DNA of 59,571 nucleotides, counting the filler, from Catajapyx aquilonaris (taxonomy: Eukaryota), in NCBI GenBank assembly GCA_000934665.2. It is 2 parts of 2 records of this genome, joined end to end, with 100 filler letters (N's around TTAATTAATTAA, not from the genome) between each part and the next. Parts side by side here need not be neighbours in the genome. Positions count along the whole stretch, not along the records: positions 1 to 29,662 come from JYFJ02004756.1; 1 more part is not named here. The stretch is one strand, 5' to 3'. Below, piece after piece: positions 1 to 12,200 of this stretch (the first letter of the stretch is position 1; each line of letters begins with the position of its first letter). The position numbers and the translations under genes are program-made. A model generated the notes under the pieces. That model was not told where the DNA came from. It searched no databases and saw nothing but the letters and a program-made list of their open reading frames with translations.

Positions 1-1783
1 AGTATTCTACAATTTTTGTAGGAAAAGAATGCGTCTCGTACCACCCCGCCATGAAGTACAAAAATAATGGTCACTGTTGCTCCTCACCCAAAATCTTGCC
101 TCAACCAGCCCCCTGAGTTAATTATAGCTTATTCGGTACAATAGATGCTGGTCAGCCCTTGCTATTTGGTCCAATAGTCAGCTCATTTACTGCAGAAGTT
201 GGGTGACAATAATGGCTAGTGATGGGTCTGAACTTGAGATCGAAAGTGGCCAAGTCCACTGCAGAAATTATGCACTTTAATGTCATTGGGTATTAATATT
301 GCACATTTGCGTATTATGTAGCAGACGAGCTATTATGCGGCAACGTAAAAATTATTGTCGTACAAGAGGTTAACGTAAACGCACCCGATTAAATCCTTAG
401 CTTTAGCTATTTAGCAAAGGCGAATTTTTTAGTTAGCTTATTAGCTGTTAGAGAAGTTAATTTTTCAGATAGCTGTGCCCACCTCTGTTTTGTTAGTAAG
501 TTAGGGTGGAATTTTTGTCGTACTACTAGTTACTTCTAACTTATAGCAGTACCAGTGTAGTGCAATACTGCAAATGTACTGCTAAGTTAGCAGTAACTCG
601 TAGTACGACGAAAATTCCACCGTTCGAAATTAAATAGTAAGTTAGTCACCGGTTATTTTCACTCATTTGCCAAGCACAGGGCCGTTTCGCGACCCGTCCG
701 CGTGAGAGTGCTAGCGCCGCGTCCGATACGGTACCGTATTGGGTAGTGTGACGTCACGAAATGGACGCCTGTTTCCAAGCCTGGTAAGCCCTGGGGTTGG
801 AACGCGGAGTCGACTCAACCCCGCGGATGTTCGACATTATGCATACGGATCGGGCTCAACCCCGGGGTTAACCCCAACCCGCTCTCAACCCGGGGTTACT
901 CAACCCCGGGTTGAGAATGTCCATTATGAATACGGGCCATAGAGTACATTGCTAAACTCAGCGGCTGCCACAGCAAAATAAAGAAGTAACAATAAAATAA
1001 CAATAAGTAACCAATAGGAGACCTCAGCAGTGCTGACAGCATTTAGCCTCATACTCATAGAATACACTTCTGGAATCTCCCAATTTTCAAGCTTTCTTGG
1101 GAAACATCAACAATAAGAGCAAACAGTGTCAATGAAAGGACACTGTTTACACTCGTATTGTTGTGTGAGGGGGCCAATCAAAAGTGTCACGGTAACAATA
1201 TGGGGTGAACCAATCAGGTTCATTTAGGTTTATTCGGAAGAAGCCAAAGCAACTGTGGCTATCTGGCTGTAAGAAGAGGCAAAGGTGGGACAGATGGAGA
1301 GAGAAACGAAGGGGAAAAAGAAGAGAGGAAAGACTGGCGTCTCTCTTAGTCTGTCTCCTACCCCAAAGACCTGTCCGGCTTGGGTGGTTATTATAGAAAG
1401 GGAACTGACACTCTGACAGGACAGTACCCATGTAACTTGCACAATTCACTATTCTGGCTTTACGAAATGTTGAATTCCCCATCCCATGAAACTTTCCTAT
1501 ATATACCAAAATTCTTGCCAAAAGCACTTATAATAGCTTCATGAGGGCCAAAACACAGAATTTTAACATTAACTTTGACTGGTTCCACACAACGAGGTTC
1601 TCTTTGCGTGTATGTGGTACAAAAATTAAACATGATACCGGTAAGTCTTCTTCATCTGACATTACTTTTGTAGGGGGTGCGAGCATTAATCAAACATTTC
1701 CTAGGGGTGCGGGGCATAATAAAAACTTAAGAACCACTGCAGCTGAACATGCACATGAGCATAATTTTCTGTAAGGCTTTTAA

Positions 1784-2758
1784 CCCTTTGATGGCGACGG
1801 ACATCATATGATGTCCGAGCTTACATATGATGTCCTGAGATTTGCCCTGCCAACTTGGGTCATTTTTCAACTCAAAAAATTTCAACCTCACCGATTTTCT
1901 TGAAATTCGGTGCATTGGTAGCCCACCCCAAGGGATGAAAAACGCACCTATAGTCACCTGATCAAAATGACCCTGTGACCCATATTGGAGGGGGGCAGAG
2001 GTCAAATTTCGACCTCGCCGATTTTCTTGAAATTCGGTCCATTGGTAGCCCACACCAAGGGATGGAAAACGCACCTACAGTTACCTGATCAAAATGAACC
2101 TGTGACCCTATTTTGAGGGGGGCAGAGGTCAAATCATAAAATTCCGACCTCACCGATTTTCTTCAAATTCGGTCCATTGGTAGCCCACACCAAGGGATGA
2201 CAAACCCACCTATAGTTCCCTGCTCTACATGACCCTGGGACCCATATTGGAGGGGGACATATGTCAATGCACCGAATTTCAAGAAAATCGGTGAGTAGGG
2301 CTGTGCGATATCCGAAATTGCATATCGACTTTCGATACTCAAAAATATCGAATCGAAGTCGATATATCGAAAATCGAAAAACCGACATCGAAAATATCGA
2401 AAAATATCGCAAACCTACGTCGCAAAATATCGCGATGTCGGTTTTTTGATTTTCGATATATCGACTTCGATGCGATATTTTTTGAGTATCGAAAGTCGAT
2501 ATGCAATTTCGGATATCGCACAGCCCTACCTATCGGTGAGGTCGAAATTTTATGATCTGACCTCTGCCCCCCTCAAAATTGGGTCACGAGGTCATTTTGA
2601 TCAGGTAACTATAGGTGCGTTTTTCATCCCTTGGTGCGGGCTACCAATGGACCGAATTTGAAGAAAATCGGTGAGGTCATAAAATTTCCGGAAAAGGGGG
2701 AAAAAAAAACTCAGGCCCTGGGGTAATGCAATCCCTCAAAAACTCCGCCATCAAAGGG
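1784..2758. mobile_element. piggyBac-type non-autonomous element (MITE) with internal ~130-bp direct and inverted repeats
   Basis: TTAA target duplication at 1780-1783 and 2759-2762; TIR CCCTTTGATGGCG / CGCCATCAAAGGG; repeated unit CTCACCGATTTTCTTGAAATTCGG... Confidence 0.9.
2296..2528. mobile_element. hAT-like MITE nested in the piggyBac MITE
   Basis: ~55-bp TIR TAGGGCTGTGCGATATCCGAAATTGC...; ATCGA-rich subterminal repeats; ATCGGTGAG duplicated at 2287-2295 and 2532-2540. Confidence 0.85.
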
Positions 2759-3243
2759 TTAACAGCCTCAGATATAACAGACTCATGGTTATAGTAAACT
2801 CAAAAGACTGGTCCCACCATACTTCCATCAATCCCTGTGTATTTTTACTCCTGATATAACACTCATTTTTCACCTCACCTCAGCTATAGCCAACAATTTC
2901 TTGGCCCCTTGGTGGGAAAATATGCTGCTTTTGATTACCTGGCATCAACTACCCACACATAGGAAGGCATATATACTGAAGCTGGGTGATTTTCTGTCAC
3001 TGACCTAAGCTTCCTACTCGCAAGTTTTGCATCTCAAGGTTGAAGCACAAATGTGATCTGTTCAATGTATCCTGGAGTCTTAATGAACTGCCTGCCTTGT
3101 GCTGGGTAACAAAGCTGACCTTAGTTCCCAGGCATGTATTAGCACTCTATACTCGAGCCTATACCTGAGTCAGGCAGTTGCTAGTGAGACAAAGATGGCC
3201 AAGATGTCATGCAGCAAGTTTAAGAGGCGCACCATTACGTATA

Positions 3244-3696
3244 CAAGGTGAAAGAATTTTCATGCCCAATCACCAGGTAGACTGATAGTACTTGAAAAAC
3301 TAACATAGGGATGTGCAAATAGTTTTTGGCGCTGTTGCATAGTTAATGCGTACTATGCTGTTAAAGTGTAGAGTGTTAGATGGTGGCATATGAGGTAAAC
3401 GACAAACTACACAGGTGTCACACCCAGACTCTAACTCTGACAGGATTTGAATCACATATTGCACATAGACGATGCGTTAGGGGACCAAGGCCGGATTACT
3501 CGGAGGCCCTCGAGCTTACTTTTGCTTATTTGAAACTGGAGGAGCAGATGTGACATCACAAAACTTTAAAGGCACAGTACTGATTAACTATGCAATGGCA
3601 CCCAAAACTAATTGCGCATCCTTATATTAATTAACATTAATTTTGCGAGTACTATCAGTCTAACTGGTGATTGGGCACGAAAATTCCTTCACCCTG
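3244..3696. mobile_element. Tc1/mariner-type MITE with ~125-bp TIRs
   Basis: TA|CA(A/G)GGTGAA...TTCACCCTG|TA ends; long imperfect inverted arms (ATGCCCAATCACCAG / CTGGTGATTGGGCAC). Confidence 0.85.
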
Positions 3697-3900
3697 TATA
3701 GGCAATATATAGGCATTCTGCTCCTGCAATCTTTCAGCTCAATGTTGCCATCCCATAACCTAGTTCGCACCCATCACATTTTGAGGCTACATTTGTGAAT
3801 CAACTTGTATCTCCTGTGTCATCACTGACTTGTACTGATTCTCACTCGGAATGGTTGTGATGAAATGTAAATTATGCAGAAATAAACCTGCATGTCATAC

Positions 3901-4131
3901 CTTTGTACCAGGATGAATATTGAGACTTAAGGCTGGAATTTGCTTTTTTTCAACTCCAAATAATGTCTGTTTGCCATCAGTAAGAGTCAACATGAGTGTT
4001 CTAGCTGACTTCTGTTCCCAGGGTTTATCACCTGGGTCATCAGCTGAGACCTCTGAATTCTCATTAACTTGGTTAGTCAATTTCTGCAGCTGCTTGTAGG
4101 CTGGCTGTGACACATCCTGAATGCAGTTGAC
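3901..4131 (-). CDS. RMI1: RMI1 third coding exon, OB1 fold (VNCIQDVSQPAYKQLQKL...RTLMLTLTDGKQTLFGVEKKQIPALSLNIHPGTK)
   Basis: ccctAG acceptor and GTATG donor; 231 nt; DVSQPAYxQL, RxLxLxLTDG and PGTK are hallmark RMI1 OB-fold motifs. Downstream exons were not found and probably lie left of the window. Confidence 0.9.
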
Positions 4132-4265
4132 CTAGGGATACAACCAATGTTTCATTACATATACATATTATTGATTACATAATTATTATACATAATGGTC
4201 CAACAGAAAGGAACACTGCTTTAAAAATTCTTTTCATACAGAGCTAGTGTGTTCTTCGCACTTAC

Positions 4266-4391
4266 CTGTAAAATGTAAGAACTCCGTAGATATACAAAAG
4301 GTCTGATGTTGAGATTTTTTGGCAAGCACTGAGAGCCTACTTCTGTCAGATTTGTTTGGAGCCAATGATTTACAATGCTGTTACCAATATG
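4266..4391 (-). CDS. RMI1: RMI1 second coding exon (HIGNSIVNHWLQTNLTEVGSQCLPKN...SSYILQ)
   Basis: tttcatttcAG acceptor and GTAAG donor; 126 nt, phase 0; WLxTxL...CLP...YxLQ pattern of the RMI1 N-terminus; 68-nt upstream intron. Confidence 0.85.
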
Positions 4392-4459
4392 CTGAAATGA
4401 AACCAAGTGAAAGAAAATAGGATCTATATAGATTATTTTGCAAGAAGTAGCCTGCTTAC

Positions 4460-4585
4460 CTGGGTGGGATATGATTCCACACATACATCCACAGCATGAG
4501 TAATCCATTCATCAGATGCATACATATTATGCTCTTGCAGAGCATTTTTGGCTGACAGCAGTCCAGCTGATGGAACTGCATACAT
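4460..4585 (-). CDS. RMI1: RecQ-mediated genome instability protein 1, first coding exon (MYAVPSAG...DEWITHAVDVCVESYPTQ)
   Basis: ATG at 4585; upstream acceptor tttcacAG at 4613-4612; phase-0 donor GTAAG after 4460; 126 nt; splices in frame to the next two exons. Confidence 0.8.
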
Positions 4586-4828
4586 GATGGGTCCTTCACA
4601 CTTCAATTCACCTGTGAAATTCTAAGAGAAATATATTGATTATTGAAATTTTTGTCAAAAACATTTTAGTTAACATTATCAGCAGTTCCATCCATAGGAA
4701 CATGAAAGCACAAATTAGGTTCTGATATTCATTATCATGTTTCAATAAGTACCGCCCACATATTAAATATTTAAGAAATTTAACAAATTACAGGAATGGT
4801 CCTCAGGTTATGTAGCTTTCAAAGGTAT

Positions 4829-5095
4829 AAATAAATAATGGATACCCCGTGATAGGCCTCCTTGGACCTCTTAGGGGATCATCTTTTAAATACCAGACTT
4901 TAATCATTGCCTGCGCTATGATGGATTTTGATAGTGGGAGGAAACGGGAGAACCCTGAGAAAACCCACCCAAACACGGAGAGAACCAATCGAAGCTCTAT
5001 CCACATAAGTATCCTCCGTCCGACCCAGGGATCGAACTCGGACCTTAGAGGTGGAAGGCTGCGGCGCTAACCACTCGGTCACTGTGTCGCCCACC
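4829..5095 (-). mobile_element. tRNA-derived SINE with V-domain-like core
   Basis: A box TGACCGAGTGG, B box GTTCGATCC, core GGGTTTTCTCAGGGTTCTCCCGTTTCCTCCCAC, (ATTT)n tail; 16-bp TSD TAGCTTTCAAAGGTAT at 4813-4828 and 5096-5111. Confidence 0.92.
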
Positions 5096-5210
5096 TAGCT
5101 TTCAAAGGTATGTGTATACGAGGGGCGTTCATAAAGTTCTTAACTTCGGGGTGAAGGAAAAGAGAGAAACAGTTCAAATTGCACACATGTATTAGTCCTT
5201 CTCTCTATAT

Positions 5211-6760
5211 CAGTGGCTTTCAAACTGGGGGTACGCGAACACAATTTTGGGGGTACGCGAAAGTTATCATGCAATGGCGTCCAGTCTCTACATTTGTGGG
5301 AACCACAATATTCCGATTCAACAAGAATGAACCAAACTTCTGAGAAAAACACAAAAAATGGTCATACTCATTCCTATCTTTCCTTTTGCCATTATTTTAG
5401 TGAATACTTATTATATGCAGAAGCATTTTCTGGCAGATGCCATTTTCATTATTTTGCCATGTGCGTTGAAACTCAAGAAGCAACATGGCAACGTTAACTT
5501 GAAAATGCCAAAAAGTAGAGTTAAGTCCTTTTCGCAATACCTGGTTCAATTTTACCCAGCCCCCCGCAACTAGCTCTCTTTTCTCGTGCGCTTAGCTGGT
5601 CCGCTAACCCTGGATGTAGAGTCTGAATTCCCGGATGTGGAGCCCTGTATCAAAACGCATTCGGGCCAAAGACTTATGAACCGTTCTGAGCCTACCTATA
5701 TTGTCAACTCCCAATCAGCCCCTGTTTGCAGATCCAACCATCAGCCACCAATTGGAACTGTCCAAATCGCATTCGGGTGGCTGATGGTTGGATCTGCAAA
5801 CACGAGCTGATTGGGAGTTGACAATATAGGTAAGTTCGCAACGGTTCAGAGACGTCCCCCCCGAATGTGATTGGATACAGGGCTCCACATCCAGGTATTC
5901 AGACTCTACATCCGGGGATAGTGGACCAGCTAAGTGCACGGCCTTCCCCGTATGACTAGATAGCAAGTTGCGGGGGGCTGATTTTACCCATGCGCTTCGT
6001 GACGTGATGGATTTGAAAATAATTAAACTTTGGCTGCAGAGGCTGATCTACCTGGCCTAAAAAAATTCGAGTCTCAAAGGATGAAACAGAGGACTTCAAG
6101 ACATCGCAGCCAATTACATCTCATGTGCAAAACAAAATCGAAGGAATGATCTAAATTTTTCCAGTTTTAAGAATGTTGTGTACAAGGTAGCAATTTTGCT
6201 TGCTCTCCAACACTCCAAGAATTTCAAAGCAACAACAGAGGCCCAGTGGAGGTCAGAGTCCATATTGGAGCACATGAATCAATTGGCACAACAGTTTAGA
6301 AATCATCAGGGGTTTGAAATTGCTTTACCCATCCTGTACATGCCAGTGTAGAATCAGGAAACAATCATTAAAATTTCTATGAATGGAAGTGGAAGATGAA
6401 AAAAAACCTTTTGAACTTTGGGCTAAAAAATGGGTGCCTATCGGGGCCTGGCAACCAGTGCTCTGAAGTACTTTATACCATTTACTAACTACCTTATTAT
6501 ATGAAGCTGGTTTTTTCTATTAACTTCCATGAAAACAAAGTACCGTCGTCAACTCTGTGGCGAGAAAGCCCTCAGGCTTAAATTGACACCACTCTTGTCC
6601 CCAATATTATCCAAAAATAACTTATGAGACACACCCATCACATTAGCTTATAAGTGCCCACAATAATTACTATTTTCAAGTAACATGTCGGAGTGGGGGT
6701 ACAAACTGTCTTGACATATTTGAAAAGGGGTACGTGACCAAAAAAGTTTGGGAACCACTG
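5211..6760 (+). mobile_element. hAT (Charlie/Buster-type) element nested in the mariner arm
   Basis: CAGTGGCTTTCAAACT...AGTTTGGGAACCACTG ends; 8-bp TSD CTCTATAT (right copy interrupted by GGCCTA); degenerate dimerization domain near 6440-6590 (LATSALKYFIPF...YEAGF...MKTKYR...LRLKL). Confidence 0.85.
5557..5980. mobile_element. Foldback MITE with 8-bp TSD nested in the hAT element
   Basis: TIR CAGCCCCCCGCAACT; TSD ATTTTACC at 5549-5556 and 5981-5988; palindromic over nearly its whole length. Confidence 0.92.
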
Positions 6761-6854
6761 CTCTAGGCCTATATGAACCGTGCAAAGCCACACATTTTGT
6801 TTCAGCGATGCACGACCTGTGGGACACCATTATTGCTGAAGTCGACACTTTGCA

Positions 6855-7400
6855 CTTGAAAAAACCTGTTTTCAACCTCTATGATCACCCTCTCGTCGCT
6901 TTCGAAATGCTTCCTACACAGCGGCTGCTTCGAGTGGCGAAAGAGGAAGAAGTGTCTATGGGATAGCTCCAGGGAATATAGAGGATGGGGCAGAATATTG
7001 TACCCCAACTGGCCAGCAAGTGCCACAGTTGCATGGGCAGAATGAGCGGGTGCATTGTCGTGCACACCTTGCGTCACCATTCCTCGTCTCTTCAGCTTGA
7101 TCTGGCGATGGAGCTTTTACAGAGATCTTGATAATACTGCCTGGTGATGGTCTGACCTTTTCGTGCCTAATGAGTTGTGATAAATCCACAAGAATCCCAA
7201 AAAAACACTGAGTATAACCTCCCCAGATGATGGCTGCATCCTGGCCTTCTTCGGTGGTGGAGAGTTCTGAGTGTTTCCACTGCTTGCTCAGTAGTTTGGT
7301 CTCTGGGTCGTAGTGGTATACCCAACATTCGTCCATGATGATGAGTCGGTTGAAAAAATTGCCCTCATTGGCGAGGAACATTGCCAGCATTTCCTTAGCC
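6855..7400 (-). pseudogene. Mariner DDD transposase remnant (frameshifted)
   Basis: Motifs MDECWVYHYDPETK..SKQW, HDNAPAH and LPHPLYSLELS (YSPDL-like), FFLF. Confidence 0.9.
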
Positions 7401-7599
7401 ATACCGAGATTGAAAACTTTTTTCAACGGCAAATTGTCGACTTCGGCAAGAATTGTGTCCCACAGGTCGTGCATCACTGGGAAAAATGAGTAGCTCTGCA
7501 GGGTTCATATAGAGAGAAGGAATAATACAGGTGTGCAATTTGAACTGTTTCTCTCTTTCCCTTCAACCTGAAGTTATGAACTTATGAACGCCCCTCGTA

Positions 7600-8128
7600 C
7601 AAGGGGTGATCGAAAAGTAGTGGGCCTACCCTGAGCAGGAGTTGTCCCCGGGTCAATGGCACTTGAGCACTTCTCTCCGTAGTCCCCCAGGAGTGTAATG
7701 CACTTCTACCAGCAGTGGTCCAGCTTTGTGTCCATTCGTGAAAAAAATATTTGTCTTGGTCATCACACAATTCACAAACATTGTTCAGGGCAGCAGTGTC
7801 ACTGTTGAAATGGTATTCTTGCAGGTGTCGTTTGAGTGTTGGGAACAGGTGATAGTCAGATGCCACCATCTGATTATGGTCTGTTCCCAACACTCAAACA
7901 AAACCTGAAAGAACAGCGTTTCAACAGTGACACTGCTGTCATGAACGCTGTCTGTGAATGGTGTGATGACCATGACAAAAAAATTTTTCACGAAGGGACA
8001 CAAAGCTGGACCACTGCTGGTAGAAGTGCACCACACTCCAGGGGGACTACGTAGATAAGTGCTCAAGTGCCATTCACCTCGGGATAACTCCTTCTCAGGT
8101 AGGCTCACTACTTTTCGAACACCCCTTG
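7600..8128. mobile_element. Palindromic mariner-derived MITE made of two transposon 3' ends
   Basis: TA|CAAGGGGTG...CACCCCTTG|TA; both arms encode the mariner C-terminus (SDYxLFPTLKxxL..xFNSD); centre of symmetry near 7860. Confidence 0.9.
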
Positions 8129-8177
8129 TATTTCAGTTCAATTTAAAAAAGACATTTTTTGACAATGGAGCCCCTAT

Positions 8178-8513
8178 GGCTATTTTCACACAAGGCCACC
8201 ATGGCAGTGCTTCTCTGGCAGATTTGTTCGCCATCCCGGACGCTCTGCCAGCTAAGCATGGTCTCAAAATGCACGTCTGGTGGCAGGAAGAGTTGCGCGT
8301 CTCGTGGAAAGGCTTCATATGATTCAATGCAAACACATGGCAGCGCAGCCAGTTGACGGCACCAAAAATCGCGCTGCCTGCCACCAGCATTTCTGGCAGC
8401 GCTGCCAAGCACGCGGCCACCACCACGTGTGAAAGGCTCCATTTGCAGCAATGCAAAGACGTGGTGGCGCTGCCTTGACAGGGCGTCCATGGTGGCCTCG
8501 TGTGAAAGAGGCC
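8178..8513. mobile_element. PIF/Harbinger-like MITE
   Basis: GGCTATTTTCACACAAGGCCACCATGG vs CCATGGTGGCCTCGTGTGAAAGAGGCC; TAT/TAA flanks. Confidence 0.7.
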
Positions 8514-9028
8514 TAAGTCAGTTCTTCCCCAAACATATGTTCTACAATAAACATAAAGACAAAAAATTCCACACATCTGCATAGATGAAACTCACATTTC
8601 ACGTGCTCAAAAATGGTTTGCACAGGTAGCCTATAACAGCTGCAAACACTTGGTAAGGCTCACTCCAAGTCTAGACTAGCAGGCTTCAGCTGGTCCGAGC
8701 TGGTCAGTGGTCTGCACTCTGCAGGCTCCAGAGATCATTCTGTGGGCTTGCCCAAAACAGGATCTGTGAAAATATTTCAAGTCAAATTTGGCAAAGTGAC
8801 CATTGTCGCAGGCCGACCAAATTATCAATAATTTTTTATTGGGTGGCCGTTAATTATTACACCAAAAAGTACTGTTTTTCTGTTCGTTATTCTCACCTGC
8901 TCGACTGCCGGCAATCTGACGAAGTGAGCTGCTCACCTATTCGGTATTTCACAATTCACACCTGTTGGATATTCAGAACTCAAAAGTGGCCGGCGCGGGG
9001 CATTCAAATGGTCTGCTTTGATGAGTTA

Positions 9029-9222
9029 TCGGATGCGCGGGAAAAAGAGCACAAGTATATATAAAAAAATTAAACAATCTTACGCACTTTACCCCCCGAA
9101 TCCGATCATTCACCTCGATTAATCCACCTCATGGATAATACTCGGATTCGGGGGGAAAAGCGCACAAGTCGTTTTTTAATTTATTTTTTTTTTGGACTTG
9201 TGCTCTTTTTCCCGCGCATCCG
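9029..9222. repeat. Foldback (inverted repeat), probably a MITE core
   Basis: TCGGATGCGCGGGAAAAAGAGCACAAGT vs ACTTGTGCTCTTTTTCCCGCGCATCCGA, with inner arms CCCCCCGAATCCGA / TCGGATTCGGGGGG. Confidence 0.75.
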
Positions 9223-12200
9223 AGAGTTCAGCTTTTCTCTGCCAGGAGAATAACATGCTGTATTAGAGTGTATTAGATAATTTCACAATAAGTAAAGTAG
9301 AAAAATTAATATAAATAATACATTAATTTTCTATCATTGTCACAGTTATGATGATTTTCTATGATAACATTTTCTACACATTCACATAGGCGGGAAAAAG
9401 CAGATATGGATAATTTGCACAATGTTCATTAAGGGTTCTAGCCATATTATAAATAAGAATTTAAAACGCCAATGAAATCGTGCAAGAGCTTTCATAAAAC
9501 TTTTATATCTTTATATTTATGAAAAGCAAGCTGAGATCCAATGCAGACAATTTTCACTTAAATAAGTAGAATAAATGTTGAACATTTTCTTCTGCTTCTT
9601 TTAAGTGTAAGCTGCTGACTCATTTTCAACCTATTTCCATTTAAATAGCCTTTCCCGCGTGACACGTAGGCCTACAATTGGAGATTCTTCAATCAATTTT
9701 CCTTTATATATAAATGAAGCCTTTCAAACCTTTAAGAACAGAATAATCCATATCCTGTGAAGCAAGAGAACTAATTGCATAAACAATGCCATGCCTTAAT
9801 TAATTTACAGTGTTTTCAAATGAACTCAAAAACTAGTTACTTTTGAGCACCTTTTGAGAAGTGACTCTAACTTTAAGAAGCAACTTTTGTATGCAATAAC
9901 TTGACTGGTAACTAGCTATCTTTGGCACTGAATAACTGGAAATACAGTAGTTACTTTTTAAAAGTGATTTACCCACGTTTACCCAGCATTGTAATGAGGC
10001 TCCTATCGCCCAGGGCAACAGTTCACAATACATTTCAGAGATGGCGCATGTATCTGAGTGGTTGCAACAAACCAAACTGTTTCTTTGTCCATCTGGTGCA
10101 TTCCACCTGAAGCTGTCCCTAACCGTATAACATACTGTACGGTACAAGATTACAAGCATTGGATTTCCTGTACTGGCCATGTCATTGCATAATAAACGCT
10201 GGCATTGACATCCGGCCAGCAGACAAGAAAAGCATATGTAATTGATTAGTGTCTAATTATGCTATGCAAATTTGACGTTTTCAATGTATTAGATGTAAGA
10301 GAAAAGACGCCGAACCGCCATCAAGCAGCTCATGAAAATTTCATGACCACGTGAAAGACGTGTACGGAACGCTATACAAAGTTACTGCTATTTCTTCCCG
10401 GCAGACAATTAAGGATCAAATATGAAAGCATAAGATGGCTGCCCAATTAGCTAGGTAAGGGGGGAAAAGTCAGCTTTTTTCTATCTTTCCTGTCTTGAGA
10501 AGAAATGGGGGCAGGTGCTGAAAGTTGTTGGATAAGGCTTAGACCGGTTTTCCCTATCATAACTAGGTTCTTGTCAAATATTTGATTTATTCATTCGGTC
10601 ATTTCCAAGAAGAATATTTCTCTGGACTGTTTGGAAATTCTTGAGTCTGCGGTAGTCCTTTAGATAATGAAGACATGGGGTTGACTTCGGAACAGAATCT
10701 CAAATCGCAATCTTGTCAAGTTTTTTTAAAAAAAACCAAGCAGACACTTGACACATAGCAAGCATTCGTTTGGTATGCTCATTACGTTCTATACTTTCAT
10801 GAAATTACAAAATCAGATTTCCTGATAGAGATCGAATATCTTTTATTGCGCTATGGAATTTTAACGAACAATATATCCACGCAACGGTCCTTCCCAGCAG
10901 TAATTAGGCGCATAAATTAAATTAAGAAACCCTGTCGGATGATATTCACAGGTGATAACCAAACACTGCAAGTTGATATTAATCCTAGCTTCGCACCCCT
11001 CGAAGGTCTTCTGGAAAAACGGGTGTAAAATCTCCAAGTGAAGTTTAGTAAGGGGAGGAAGCAGAGAAGAGAAGTGGTGGATAGAAAAATAAAATAAAAA
11101 ATAAAAAAATACATGGGAGCGCCTGAAGGTCAGCCACATACTGGAATGTTCTTCATTAGCTGTGGCCAAAGATGTGAAAGGAGGACTAAAGCCCGCACAG
11201 GTGTCCGCATTGCCATCATTTTTTATATATTTTTTTTACTATTCATATTATGTGTCCGGCACATTCATTTCATCGAACCAAACTCTGGCAAAAGTAGGGG
11301 AGGCATATAATTTCCTGATTGAAGCATTGGGTGAAAATGATTTGGGCGCCTGAAGCTGGAGGAAGAGGGGGTGGAAGGAAGGCGCAACTAGAAAAACAGG
11401 TTCCATTTGGAGATCTAAATCCAATTGTAAAGTGCAGAAGGGCCTTCTGGTGGCATGGCCACCAGTAGCTTCTGGATTTCAGCACCGCCCTGACCTAGGG
11501 TCATTTACAATCTGTGAGGGTCTTCCCCGGTGTTATTATTGCACGTGGATTACAAATATAACTAGCTGTTTAAATCATCCTGCTGGTGGGAGTTACAAGA
11601 GCCTACAGCCACCAGTGCAGCTAGAGGTTATTGGTGTAGGATAGTAGCAGTGTCCGCCATTTTAGTGCAGCAGGAAGAGTGTGAAAAATAGATAATTAGA
11701 TTACATTTCGTGATTCTATATCAAATATTAATTTGCCACACATGTTCTCATTCCACAGTAATTTTTTTGTTCATTATCTGTACAGTTCAGTTTAGTTTAA
11801 ATGACACGGCCGTAAGGAAGTTAGGCCATGACGAACAAAGAGTAACTATTTGACTGCAGTTGGGCGTTGGCTGACAAAAGAGTAAAACAGTTCTTTAAAA
11901 ATGAATTGTCTGGAAGTCCGCTACTCGCTGCAGGGTGCATTTTTGCTTATTATCTTTGAAACGCAACATATCATGCTTGTAAAGATCTGAAATAATGACC
12001 CCTTGGCGCATGAGCCATCTGTCGTTTTGAGAAAAGGGAGAAGCAAAAAAAAAAAGATTAGCCTGCTGGATGAATATTTCTGAAGGTTCCACCTTTTTAT
12101 GCCTTATGTTTATTGTCTACAAGAGGGTTCAAATTTTGGAGGCTGAAGGATGCTTGCATCATTTATTGTAAAAATCATTAAAATTAATATACTCCGAATA

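Larger units (their letters stand above)
5119..7597 (-). mobile_element. Defective mariner element with long inverted ends, interrupted by a hAT insertion
   Basis: TA|CGAGGGGCGTTCATAA...TTATGAACGCCCCTCG|TA; arms match for about 200 bp once the nested hAT is removed. Confidence 0.9.

Noticed and set aside
1147..1527. 126-aa ORF as the next RMI1 exon
   Set aside because: Lacks the expected OB-fold continuation (G-V..R.G.LLL...N...LGG).
1885..2680. Regular repeats resembling a CRISPR array
   Set aside because: The ~130-bp units have no unique spacers and lie inside a TTAA-flanked MITE in eukaryotic DNA.
5020..5093. tRNA-like sequences (also at ~15660-15735 and ~23145-23220)
   Set aside because: They are SINE heads followed by SINE bodies, tails and TSDs, not tRNA genes.
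10450..11490. Possible decayed hAT element
   Set aside because: Only a faint RSF-like motif and one terminus-like end; boundaries cannot be supported.
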